Below are positions 37,761 to 50,371 of a DNA stretch of 64,000 bases, in pieces. The notes beneath the pieces are model-generated. The model was not told the DNA's origin, searched no databases, and worked only from the letters and a program-made list of their open reading frames with translations. The stretch is from Octopus vulgaris (taxonomy: Eukaryota): NCBI GenBank assembly GCA_951406725.2, contig OX597816.1, positions 35,340,001-35,404,000 of the forward strand, given 5' to 3'. A program made the translations under genes and the position numbers. Each line of letters starts with the position of its first letter. Within the stretch, counting starts at the first letter, position 1.

Positions 37761-38177
37761 GTAACTGAAATATTTCCGAGATGAAAGGAAGGGTGGAGTC
37801 ATTTGAGGCCAAATTCATGCGCGGTATAACGAAGTGCATTCCTTGTGCAGTTCTTATTGAACTGGCTTCACTAAGCAAGGAATACATATGAAACACAGAA
37901 GATTGGCTAACGTTATGTGTGGAAACCAGAAGAATTTAATCTATAACGTTGATCGAAATTGCTAATAGGGTACTTATCCTTTATGATAAAGAAAAGGAAA
38001 ATTGCAATGGAAGGTTGCCATTTCCAAACTAACTTGTCACAACAAAATTAAACTTTAGCATAGAAAAGTAGAATACGGAACTTTTACATTAAATTCGTTC
38101 ATTTGGGTGATATAAATGTATTGTTAATACAAAATGCCGTAATTGCCAGAGCTCAAATCAAGTCATGTCTACTAGAC

Positions 38178-38507
38178 TCAAATAAGAATGGCATAGTGCT
38201 CATATCCGCAAAATATTTGCAATATATGTCTTTCTGCATCTGTTCTCAGATCATTTCTTTTCACGTTTCGATAATATACGACATTTCGAAATTTTTGTGG
38301 CAGTTCATAGTTCCGATTCTCCGACTCGGGGGTTCGATTTTGGCTGTAGAGGAATAAGGTAACTAATTAAAATGAAAGTAACTCAACCCATTTCAAGGAG
38401 AAAATTTTCAGTAATTTTACCTGAAATTGCTACGAGCAGTGTGTGTCGAAACTGCAACAAATAACAACCGATGAAAGAAAGTTACAATTGGGAGGCGAAC
38501 ATAAAAT
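38178..38507 (-). other. Candidate two-exon segment of a small secreted-protein gene or pseudogene
   Basis: Acceptor tttttgatttag, 87-nt exon 38507-38421, donor CAG|GTAAAA, 77-nt intron, acceptor ttattcctctacag, exon from 38343; one spliced frame is open for about 83 codons. Confidence 0.35.
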
Positions 38508-39891
38508 CTAAATCAAAAACGGGTACAGAACAAATGATGAATTAATAAATATAAGCAAGCAATAGAGAGTAGCAAATTATACATGTACTATTTAGAAACC
38601 TCTCCAGAACTATATATATTATAGTCCAGCTTACTCTTCTGCTAATTTTCAAAAGTATTCTAATTTTTTTGAGGTATTCAATAATATTTCTAGTTTATTA
38701 TTTATTTTCTATAACTGTTAATTGTTATAATTATTAATCTATAGGTTTAGAATTGTCTTGTTATATTTTATTAAATTCAATATCCGACTTATTTTTAATT
38801 TTATCTTATTAAATGTATTCTTACTCTTTAACTCCCAAAATATTTATTTTTGTTCGATTAATTCAAATTCATTACTTGTTCTTTTTCTAATATACTTAAT
38901 TCATATTCTAGATAAATGCAAAAGTATACACTAACATATATACAATCATACAACGCACACACACGCACATTTACACACATGCACACTCATGCACTCACAT
39001 ACATACTTATGTGTGCTATTTATTGGAGGCAGCTGTGCATCGTTAACTAGCTAGAGGAGATGTTCTCTTGGGGTTCAAAGAACGTAAAAGAGTCAGTTCG
39101 AACAGACAACCGAGTTGAAGTAGCTACGAATATTACTCGTCACTAAAAGTAATGCGCTCATCTCTTACATTGATTTTAGAAATAGCGTATTTGCTTATAT
39201 ATAAATATATATATATGCGCACTTTTAACTTCTACTAATTCTCCTCTGTCTATCTCTCTCCCTCTCTTGTTCTTCATCCTTTCTGGTTTTCTCTCCCAAC
39301 ATTCCCTATTCTTCTCATTTCCTCTTCACCGTTCCCTCGCTCTTATTCCTCCTCCTCGACTCTCTCGTCACTGACACGCGACCAGAGGGAATCTATCTTT
39401 CCAACTACTATCTTCACCGAGACAAGACGGCTTATACTGTCCCTCTCATAAGCTGTCTCCTTACAGATATGTAAGATAGATATTTCAACATCGTCTTGGC
39501 TTAACAACCCTCATCGTTTGTTTTTATTGTGCTATTCTCTTTGTCCTGTCTTTTACTATTTTTACTTGTATTGTTTTTGCTGTTTTGTTTTGTTCTTACT
39601 TTCCTGTTCTTGTTACCACTTTTACCCCTCCACAAATATCCCAAATTTTATTTAATTTGCATTGCGGGAAGGGCTGTTTCAACGAAGTCGCGTCCTGTCC
39701 TTACCTCCACAACGCGGAGTGGACGAAATAGAGACAACGGAAGAAGGGGAATGTTCCTTGTGTTGTATGTCATGTACTCTGTTGTTTCGTTGTTTGAAAA
39801 AATGTTCGTTTCCATGTTTTGTTTTTTATGTTCTCGTATCTCATTGTTTTCTGTATATATACATGCATATATGTCCTGTACCCATATATGC

Positions 39892-39940
<49 letters not shown>

Positions 39941-40007
39941 GATGTAGGTATGTACATATATGCATATATTTATATATTATTATATTATATTATATATATA
40001 TATTATC

Positions 40008-40265
40008 TATCTAAACTTGAAGATTATAGCGATTACCATGCAATGACTAAGGGAAAGAGTCTAATAATGGGACATAAAAAAGGAGGTTTTTCCCATCCGT
40101 CTGGGACTCGAACACACATCGCTCTAAGTTTGTTACCATTACGCGACTAAGTTTGTTACCATTACACTAAGAAAGTATGTTCAATAATGGGGCTTATGTG
40201 ACCCATTAGTAGACTATTTTCCGTAGTTATTGCACGATGATCGCCATAATCTTTAAGCTTATATA
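40008..40265. mobile_element. MITE with ~70-bp imperfect TIRs enclosing a tRNA-like sequence
   Basis: 40008-40078 is an imperfect reverse complement of 40194-40265; the interior minus strand has TAGTGTAATGG (A box) and GTTCGAGTCC (B box). Confidence 0.7.
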
Positions 40266-40289
40266 AATACCATTATTAACTACGGATAA

Positions 40290-40430
40290 CTACGGCCAAA
40301 GTACTGGGAGCACTGAAGAAATGGCTTTACGCCCAACAGAGAATTTTCTTTGATGGAATATGCAATATTGTGGACCACTGGAAGTCCTGCATAGGAGAAA
40401 TATGATGAGTCTATTTCGAAAAATAAAGTC
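40290..40430 (+). mobile_element. Mariner transposase C-terminal remnant
   Basis: LKKWLYAQ..FFDGICNIVDHWKSC (cf. W...Q..FF..GI..L..RW..C). Confidence 0.45.
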
Positions 40431-40924
40431 ATTGTTCAGCCCCTGGTTTTGATTTAATAAATTACAGTAACAATAGCATATATAATTTTCTACGCATCTA
40501 TGTCAATGTGTATGTGTGAGTGTCTGTATATGAGCCCTTGATGCTGTATATATTCATGTATTCACACAGAGGACATTTAACAAAGAGTATTTGAGCACAT
40601 TTGTCTGCACTAAAGGTGACGATTCGGCAGAACAGGTGATTACACGGGAATGATCTAAGTCACATATGTACAGATATGTAAGATAGATATTTCAACAGTG
40701 AAGCCTTCGATGAAATGGCAATAATGAGAAAGTCTTAGAAAGTTAAGCGAAAACGGCATTCTGTAAGTATATACAAACCGCATACCAAAATTTGAACACG
40801 TCATTAAAGCTAATAAATATCTTCCCTGAAAATGGTTGGAAATTACTGATGTTTAAAGTTAGCAATCAGGACACTAATTGATGGATGTTAACATCAAATA
40901 TACTGTAATACCAATTATGTTAAC

Positions 40925-41725
40925 ACCAAGCAGTGCTATTTTCTGCGAGTGCTCTACCCATATTGCAGCCCATATTTGTTCCACGTACCTCTCGAGACTT
41001 TTGCTCACTCTTCTCAGGGCTCCGACAATTATTAGTACTACTGTTACGTTTTTCATCGACCACAACTGCTTACCTTCCCAAGCTAACCTGTCATATCTCT
41101 CGACTTTTCTTCCTTACCACGTAACTTGTTGTCCGCTAGGCATGCTATATTTATGCTCCAGCATAATTTATTTTCTTTCTCAATTAAGACTATGTCTGGC
41201 TTCCTATTCTCTATCTCATGTTTGCACTGAATCATAAAATCCCATAGGATCGTTGCGCTCTTATTTTCGGGTTTGTGATTGTATCAACTTTTTTCTCTGT
41301 GAAATCCATACCTGTTGCAAATTGTCCAATGGACAAGCCTTGCTATATTGCCGTCGCGTCTCTTATATTATTTCTGGGCTGGTAACATGTCATACGGTTT
41401 CACCCTTTTCTCCACAGAGTTTGCACTTATCACTTTCTGATGTGTTGTCTATTCTGTATTTTATGTAGTTTGTTCTTAGTACTTGCTCTTAGGCAGCACA
41501 GATTAGAAACCCCATTTCGGTTTTAAATCACTTTTAGTCATCCACAGCTATCTTTTTTCTCAGTCTGTCTGATCTTCAACATCCCTATGAAATTGACCAT
41601 ACATTCTTTTCTTTACCCATCCTTTTTCAGTTCCATTCATTTTCAATTTCTTGTACAGTGCTTGCTTTATCTTTGCAATCTTTCATCCTACACAAGCTTA
41701 ACCTTCTTACTTATAATAATAGCGG
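40925..41725 (-). mobile_element. R4/Dong-clade RLE 3' fragment (family 4, like 9600-10944)
   Basis: WSMKNVTVVLIIVGAL..LERY..QKIALLG; reverse complement is similar to 10030-10835. Confidence 0.82.
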
Positions 41726-41734
41726 TTCTAGAGC

Positions 41735-42272
41735 AGTGCATGGCATCAAAGTGACACTGGGATAACATATACAAATCCCAGTATACTCATCATAACTACC
41801 CATCTGATAAGGTTACACGAGGTACATGCATCACAACCATGTATGCGTGACATGATGATCTCATACCAAGACAAAAAGCACATGACCTTGTATGTGGGGG
41901 TCCACATAGAATTTTCTTCAGGTCGGTAGCTCATCTTCCTCAAACGATCCCTGGAAAAGAGCTGTTTGAGGATGTTGGACGAAATAACCGTTTTTCCAGA
42001 GGTGAATTATCCGAACCCAAAATAATTCCTCTAAACAAATGGTCATGATGTTCTCCCACTATTTCTGCTCGTGATTAGAGATACACATATTGTCATTCAC
42101 TAAGAGACATGCTCAAGTGGTTATGGCCAAACAACCGAGAAACAAATCTATGGTATTGTGCTGACTATTGGTTGCAGTTGATCTTTTATATCATGACAAA
42201 TCAATGTACACGATAACACTTCCAATCAGTTCAGAAAATGAGAGCCACAACCTGATACTGCATCAGGACATA
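41735..42272 (-). repeat. Unclassified ~540-bp repeat-like segment abutting a (TAA/TGA)n run
   Basis: GC-richer than flanks, has several hairpins and begins right after the microsatellite at 42273-42306 on the minus strand. Confidence 0.4.
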
Positions 42273-43309
42273 TTATCATCATCATTATCATCCTTATTAT
42301 TATTATAAATTATTTTGTCTGTGTAAGACTTTCACTATTATTTAAGACCCAATATCTGTCACAATCTACTTTTTTGTTTCCATTCACAATACTATCACAA
42401 TGTATGAACTGGCTGATGCTACAAGATTACAGATATTTATGGATAACGAGTTCTTCTTGAGGTGAGACTCTTGAGGCGATAAGAGACTCCAATCTCAATA
42501 TTAAAATCTTGCAATATATTATTCTTTCAGAGTGCTGCAGATAGCCAGCAGCAAGAGTATAATAGTTGAATATATTTAATATGTATACCGTATTTTTATA
42601 ATCAGAAATTGCTTTTATATGCAATGCAATAATTTTAACGTTAATACATTACCGTAGGAATAAATTTATTTAATACTAGATATATTCGGTAAATTTTCAC
42701 TAGTCTGTGTTTCAATGGTTATTGACTTTATCTTAGGTCAGTCCTGTATGTTTGCTTACTCAGCTCTCTGTTTTTCCTTTGTCTTTCTTTTCCTCTCTCC
42801 CTCCTCTCTCTCTCTTTCTTACCATACATACTTAGGTGTACGTTGCGTGCACGCATGCATCGTCGCGGTGGTAAACAACGTAGTGCACTGTGATATATGG
42901 TCATTTTCTCAGGTTTGGTTCCAATCCTCCTCTGAAAATTATATTTCCGTCGGCTTTCTTTTCATTCATTCAAATAAATTAATTGCAGTATCATATGTAA
43001 CAAATCTAGGAATTTATTTCTTCAATGCACGCGTAAATATGACAAACCTTGAGTATATTTCCTCTTTCACGAAAACAACGACGGAACAACAATTGCGGTC
43101 GTTACACAGCTACATAACTTATTTCAAATAGAAGTATGTTGTCTAATTTCTTTAAAATAAACTGCAAATATTATAAAAAGCATGCCTTTAATACTGGTAT
43201 GGCCTAATTTATCATATATTCTTCCGATCTAATGTAATTATTAGATTTTAGTGACGAAATATTGCTAATAGCTCTAAGAATCCCGAACAAAAAATCTTAA
43301 GTTTCATAC

Positions 43310-44075
<766 letters not shown>

Positions 44076-45607
44076 ATATATCAATGTAATATTAATGTTT
44101 TAGCAAACTTTACAATAGATGGCAGAATTGAATTACTGGCATCATATAGATACATTAGAAAGTACACGTACCAAAACTGTAATTGTAGTGATAGCCCTAA
44201 ACTATTCTATTATCGGTTTCAACCGGGCTTTGGGTATGCTGGTGCACAGGTATTTATTAATCTTGTAGCAAACACACGTAACATCAGCAGAAAGAAATCG
44301 GTATGGGGATTCCCTAATACCTTAAAAGCACGACAGGAATGGATTCCATAAGCAACATTGATGATACGTATACCTACATAACAAAATATTATATATTTAT
44401 AGTCCTTTATACACATTAGAACTCTATATTACACCACGCAACAAGAAAATTATTGTTGGTTTAACATAATGCAACCTTCGTTACGAAATGCTAAAATAAA
44501 CTTTTCGATGTCAACGGTGGTCTTTTGTCAGGAATAGATTTTGTATCATTATAGGATAATACATTCTAGATTCTGTAGGGAAAGGGATACAAATTTTGAT
44601 TTAGAACTTGCAGAGATGTGGTTAGTTCTTCACTTGTAATAGAAGAAATAGATACAAACAATTTGATAGTATTCTATGGTGCTATGTGTCACATGATTAT
44701 GGTGACAATTAACACTGACTTCTATTGTAGATGTTACCTTGTATTTAGAAACAACGGCTTATATATAACTTGAATTTAGAATAGATAAAAGATTTGAGTC
44801 AGATAATGTACGACTTGTGTGACATATTTTATGTACCTAGGTGCAAGGACGAATCATGTACATATGTGTGTGTGTCGTTTGATATCGTGGTAATTTCGCC
44901 ATTAATATACAGACACAAGACATTGCGCGGAAACAGCCAAACTGAGGCACGCCAGTGATGCACATCAGCGATGTGCAAGTGAGAAAGACATCCATGAAAA
45001 TATATTGGGGTGGATCCGCGTGATAAGAATCTGCGGTTCCCTTTGTTGAAAATGTTCCATTAGAGATTGGCAATCCAGATATGATCGAAAGCTATATATC
45101 TCTGTCAATAGCATTGCTTTGACCGACTGTCTCTAGATTTCGTGCTCCTTTTCCATAGCTTTTCCCTTTAGCAAGGTCTTCCAATGAACAATGCTTGATC
45201 GTAATTTCTTCCTTCTACATGTCTCTCATCTTCTCTTCACCTTTGCTTCTCTCATTGTATTTTGAAACCATTCCTCTAATCTATTTTCTTTATACTTTAT
45301 TTGTAAGTTTCTTTACACATTTGCAATTTATATTTGCTGTATTTGGCAGGGATTATTTATTTCCTATCGTATCTATTTTGTCGATTACTCATCATTTGTT
45401 AAACTTTTGGCTAGCGAACACATGCAATCTGTCTGTTAAAACACTTTGATTAAGAAGCCGTGACTAAACATCGTGCCATATGAGCGAGAGTTGCTTATCT
45501 CGCAATCGGGAATTTTATTACAGTCCTCAAACTATAAATGTATAACGCTAAATCAAAAACCATGCAAAACCGAAGAAAATTTATTACACACTTAAAAAAC
45601 CTTCATA

Positions 45608-46790
45608 TTCGAGGGTCGGCCAAAAAATCTTAGGCTGAACAAAATATTCTCATGGGATGTAACAGACTAACAGTTATTTTTTTAACATAGTCCCCCTTTC
45701 GATACACGCACACCTTTCATCAGTTTTGCAATGCATGTATCCTGTTACTGAAGACTCTGTCATCTTGTTAGTCAAAGACATCATCAGTATTATATATGAC
45801 ACTTCATCAGTGATACTTGTTCCCAGCCAAGTGTATACTCATTATGAGAAATAAATCATAATCAGATGGGGGTCTAATAATGAGGATAATCAAATAGCCC
45901 AAATCATCCAGTGAAGCACATGAGCCTTTGAAACCAAGGATTTGTGTTCTGGTGCTTTGTCCTGAGGGAATATGATCCCGTTTATCAGTTGAGCGAAGCG
46001 TTTGGCTTTGATAGCCCAGCAGCTTGGTATTCTCTTGATCGTAATATAAGCCACTCTCACTCATCTGGCCAAATATATGATCGCAGATCATGTGTCCGTT
46101 ATACAAAACGTTTAATTATTCATAACTGCCCCAGAACTCGGTATAGTACTCTTAACCGATGGTGTGATCCCTTTGAAGAGAGTCAATAAACACAATGCCT
46201 TTTTGTTGCATCTCAAACAACTGAGCCCATCAACCTCCCCGCAGATGAAACGACGTTAGCCTTCATTGGAATAGGTGTGGAGGGGTGTTCGTACTGCATG
46301 AATTGCCTCGTTGTCTCTGGGTCAAATTGATGAACCCAACGCACTTTGTAATTTAGGAAACATTCAAGGAAACCAGCCACGTCTGTGTCAACTTATGTCA
46401 GGTCTTCACGTGCACTCTTGATCAGATGTCAGATGAGGTATCAACCACCGAGCAGAAACCCTCATTACCAGCAGGATATTTTCAACTCTTTCACGGTAAT
46501 CGCAAATATCATTGGCTATTTGAAGTATAGCCAGTCATTGGTCATCCATAAGCCTGTGTCGAACGCGTTTAATCTTTTCCTCGGTGGTGGCAGTTGTAGG
46601 ACCACCAGACCTTGGATCATCTTCAAGCGTCTCCATACTCCTCCTAAATTTCGCTGCCCAGTTTTGTACTGTCGATAAAACTGAAGTGTCATCCCCTAAT
46701 GTAGTCAGCATTCCAGTATGAATGTCTTTTCTTTATGGTGGCCACTCAAACACTGGGCAACATATAATATATTTATATTAAAACGCTATT
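45608..46790 (-). mobile_element. Decayed mariner DNA transposon
   Basis: EDDPRSGGPTTATTEEKI, WVHQFDPETTRQFMQ (cf. DETWVH.YDPE.K.QS.QW), PSDYDLF (cf. YSPDLAPSDY.LF); TIR-like CGAGGGTCGGCCAAAAA at 45610. Confidence 0.8.
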
Positions 46791-46810
46791 GAGACTCAAA
46801 TACTATAAGT

Positions 46811-46811
46811 C

Positions 46812-46866
<55 letters not shown>

Positions 46867-46907
46867 TGTGGTGGTGGTGGCGATGGTAGTAGTAGTGGTG
46901 GTGGTGG

Positions 46908-46946
<39 letters not shown>

Positions 46947-47190
46947 CGGTGTGGTGGTGGTGGTAGTAGTAGTAGTAGCTGTAGTAGTAGTAGTATGGGT
47001 AGTTGTAGTAGTAGTAGTAGTAATATTGGTGGTAGTAGTAATAGTAGTAATAGTAGTAGTATTAGTAGTAGTTGTTGCTTTTGTTGAAAAGAAGAAGAAG
47101 AAGAAGAAGAAGAAGAAGAAGAAGAAGAAGAAGAAGAAGAAGAAGAAGAAGAAGAAGAAGAAGAAGAAGAAGAAGAAGAAGAAGAAGAAG
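46811..47190. repeat. (TAG)n/(TGG)n/(AAG)n compound microsatellite
   Basis: Seen directly; explains the poly-S/G/V/K ORFs. Confidence 0.95.
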
Positions 47191-49310
47191 CAAAAAATAC
47201 GGAAGAGGTTCGGTGGCAAAGGCTCGGAAAAATGAGTTTAATTTATTGGTACGCTTATGCCAATGACATTTTGTGTTATATCCAAACCATCCACGAGATT
47301 GTAGCCCGTGCAGTCAGCCATAACTTTCTCCAAGAGGATATTACATATTTTCTGTTAATATATCTAAATTAAACCGTTAACCAACGCAGACATAAATGTT
47401 GGGAGACACAGTTGTTCATAGACGAAGAGACAATTAATTTTTCCATGAAATATCTCTATGGAAACTAGCGCAGTGTAAGAGAAAGAGAGGCAGGCCTTAT
47501 TCGACATAAGTGCAACTAGCGCAGTGTAAGAGAAAGAGGACGCATGTCAAAACATGTTACCGAGACGATGGAAGACGGAAACGTGCAAGCGACTGGACAA
47601 TGGATGTCATTACGTTTGAAATGACGGCATAAGTTATATGTACCGAAGTTATGGGAAAGGTGAGAGGCAAATACTTAACAGAAACATAAACAGCTTTCAA
47701 GGTAGTATCGTCGCCATGAATTGAAACCTTCCTAATTTCTTTATTTTGCATGTAAGAGTGTGTGCGTGGGAATCATTTCCGAAAGAGAGACAATTAGTTG
47801 CAATACACATCAGTAATCAAAAATGGAGAAATTAAAATTATCTGATGCATTAACAGATGCAGTCGCAAGCAAAAGAGAATTTGGAAATGGAGATATTGTA
47901 ATCTGAAACGCCAAGACAATGTAATGAAAATTATAAAACAAATTCTCAGTTAATTTTAATGTGCCAAGCGTGACATGGACAGCTATTCTTCGTTGAAGAA
48001 ATCACGATATAATTGCCATCAGTAAAGATGTTTGATAATAATTTTGCCGTTCATAATATGGATAATTGTATACAAGCTATGAGGTCAAAGAATATTTATT
48101 TTTAGACGAAGCGCAACTCCTTTCAAGTGGATTAAAGGTACATGGCATTTATTCTTCAACGAACAATGCAGATGGGTACTATTGTCATATACCTAAAAGT
48201 GACATTATTTCTGGCTGCATTTCAAACAAAATCTCTTAACTAGACATGTGAGATGCATAGAATAATTATTCTTTCTACTTGAAAATGAAGACACAATGGA
48301 GAAATTAGCAATAGCTGGTATCAGAGTAGTATCACTGTCATGCATTTAAAATTCCTAATTTCATACTTGTGCCTGTGTATATGTATATAATTGTGTGTGC
48401 GTGTGTGAGAGAGAGAGGGAGTGTGTGAGTGAGAGAGAGAGGGAGTGTGTGAGTGAGAAAGAGTGTATTTGTGCGTGTGTGTGTGAGAGAGTGTGTGCGT
48501 ATGTGTGAGTGAGAGAGAGAGAGAGAGATCTGAAGAACTGTGGCTATTATGTGTAATACTTTCCTGTAATCAGCTGAATGCTTTTCTTTAAACGAACAAC
48601 AACCAGTAAATATCTAAGCATATTAGTGTAGATGAAGCGATAATCTTCCTGATGAACGCTCTATAATAGAATCACTTAAATCATTTTATTCCATCTGAAA
48701 AGCAGCCATAGATTGAATTTTAAATCAGGGTTAGTTGAAATGATATTACATAATTCAATGAGGTCTTCGTAATGGACCTGCACTAGATTGGATTTTAAAA
48801 TAGGGTTAGTTGCAAAGCTATTAAGTAATGTATGAATTCAGTAAGGGTTTTATAATGGAACGATGATAGAAATATCCTTACGTTGCAATTGCCCTGAATT
48901 TTAGCTAATAAGTAATTTGTTTGTCGGTATGCTAAATTTAATAAGTGGTGGTAAAGCAGCAGAGTATTATGAACGAATTTATCCTTTATTAAATACAGAA
49001 CTCAGTTATCTATTGAAATAGCTAATGCAATGTTATTTATTAAAATATAGTAGATCGTTTAATACAGTAGATAATTTAGACTCGGTTAAGTATACCTTGC
49101 ATTCACTGGGGCTGAGGATTAACCTCATGTTGCTGCTAGGTTTAATTAAAGACAATAGGCAAGGAAAATAGAGAGGAGGACAGATAACTAAACACCTTCA
49201 TACACAACAAAGTATAGACAGTTTAATTTATAATGGTGATGACGATAACATGTAAAATGGCATCGATGTTATAGTGACATTACAATGAAATAACCGTTAT
49301 AGTTATTATA

Positions 49311-49712
49311 CTCTTTACTCTTTTACTTGTCTCAGTCATTTGACTGCGGCCATGCTGGAGCACCGCCTTTAATCGAGCAACTCGACCCCAGGACTTATTC
49401 TTTTGTAAGCCCAGTACTTATTCTATCGGTCTCTTTTGCCGAACCGCTAAGTGACGGGGACATAAACACACCAGCATCGGTTGTCAAGCAATGCTAGGGT
49501 GGACAAACACAGACACACAAACACACACACGCATACATATATATGCATATATACGACGGGCTTCTTTTCCGTCTACCAAATCACCTCACAAGGCTTTGGT
49601 CGGCCCGAGGCTATAGTAGAAGACACTTGCCCAAGGTGCCACACAGTGGGACTGAACCCGGAACCATGTGGTTGGTAAACAAGCTACTTACCACACAGCC
49701 ACTTCTGTGCCT
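49311..49712 (-). mobile_element. Full-length SINE type A
   Basis: Reverse complement of the 54009-54419 sequence. Confidence 0.9.
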
Positions 49713-50089
49713 GGTTCATAAAAATATAATATTTGCATTTTCTTTGTCCGTTACTCACCCGTAGGTGACAAATTACGTTGACGAAATCAGAACATTTTGG
49801 ACGAAATATATGACAGAATGCTCATGTTTTAATTCTCAGCAGTCATAGAATTGTCCCAAGCGAGTGCGACTGGTTACTGTGACTACACTACATTCCGAAG
49901 AATGAAACATAACAATGGTTTTGGAACTAAGCTGAAAATCACACGAACTGTGATAAAGTAGTCATCATTTTGCAGTTAATTAACAAATAAAGCAATTGCA
50001 AAAATCATTAACGGATCGCCTTTTATGAAATATAGGGATATTTTGTGCTGGTGTGTATGTTTTGTGTATGGGTGTTTGTTTGCTTAATC

Positions 50090-50280
50090 TTTTATCTTTC
50101 ATATTTTCGTGTCATTCACAGCGTCTATGCCTCTTGTAGAATTTAGTGGAACAAATCCACAGTTGTACTTGTTCTTTTAAGACTGGTACTTAATCCAGAA
50201 GTGCTCTTTTACCGAACCGCTACGTAACTGGGATGTAAACTGAGCAACAGTTGTGAGGGCTCTAAACAGACACAAATAAC
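50090..50280 (-). mobile_element. Degenerate SINE type A 3' half
   Basis: CTCTTTTACCGAACCGCTACGTAACTGGGATGTAAAC similar to 49430-49470. Confidence 0.55.
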
Positions 50281-50371
50281 ACGCACACACATATATATGT
50301 ATTAATGTATACACACACGCACACACATGCACACATACATACATATGTATATATATACACACACACTCATA

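Noticed and set aside
44837-45073. Cys-containing 78-aa minus-strand ORF in a GC-richer island
   Set aside because: No recognisable family, and no consistent splice phase linking it to neighbouring candidate exons.
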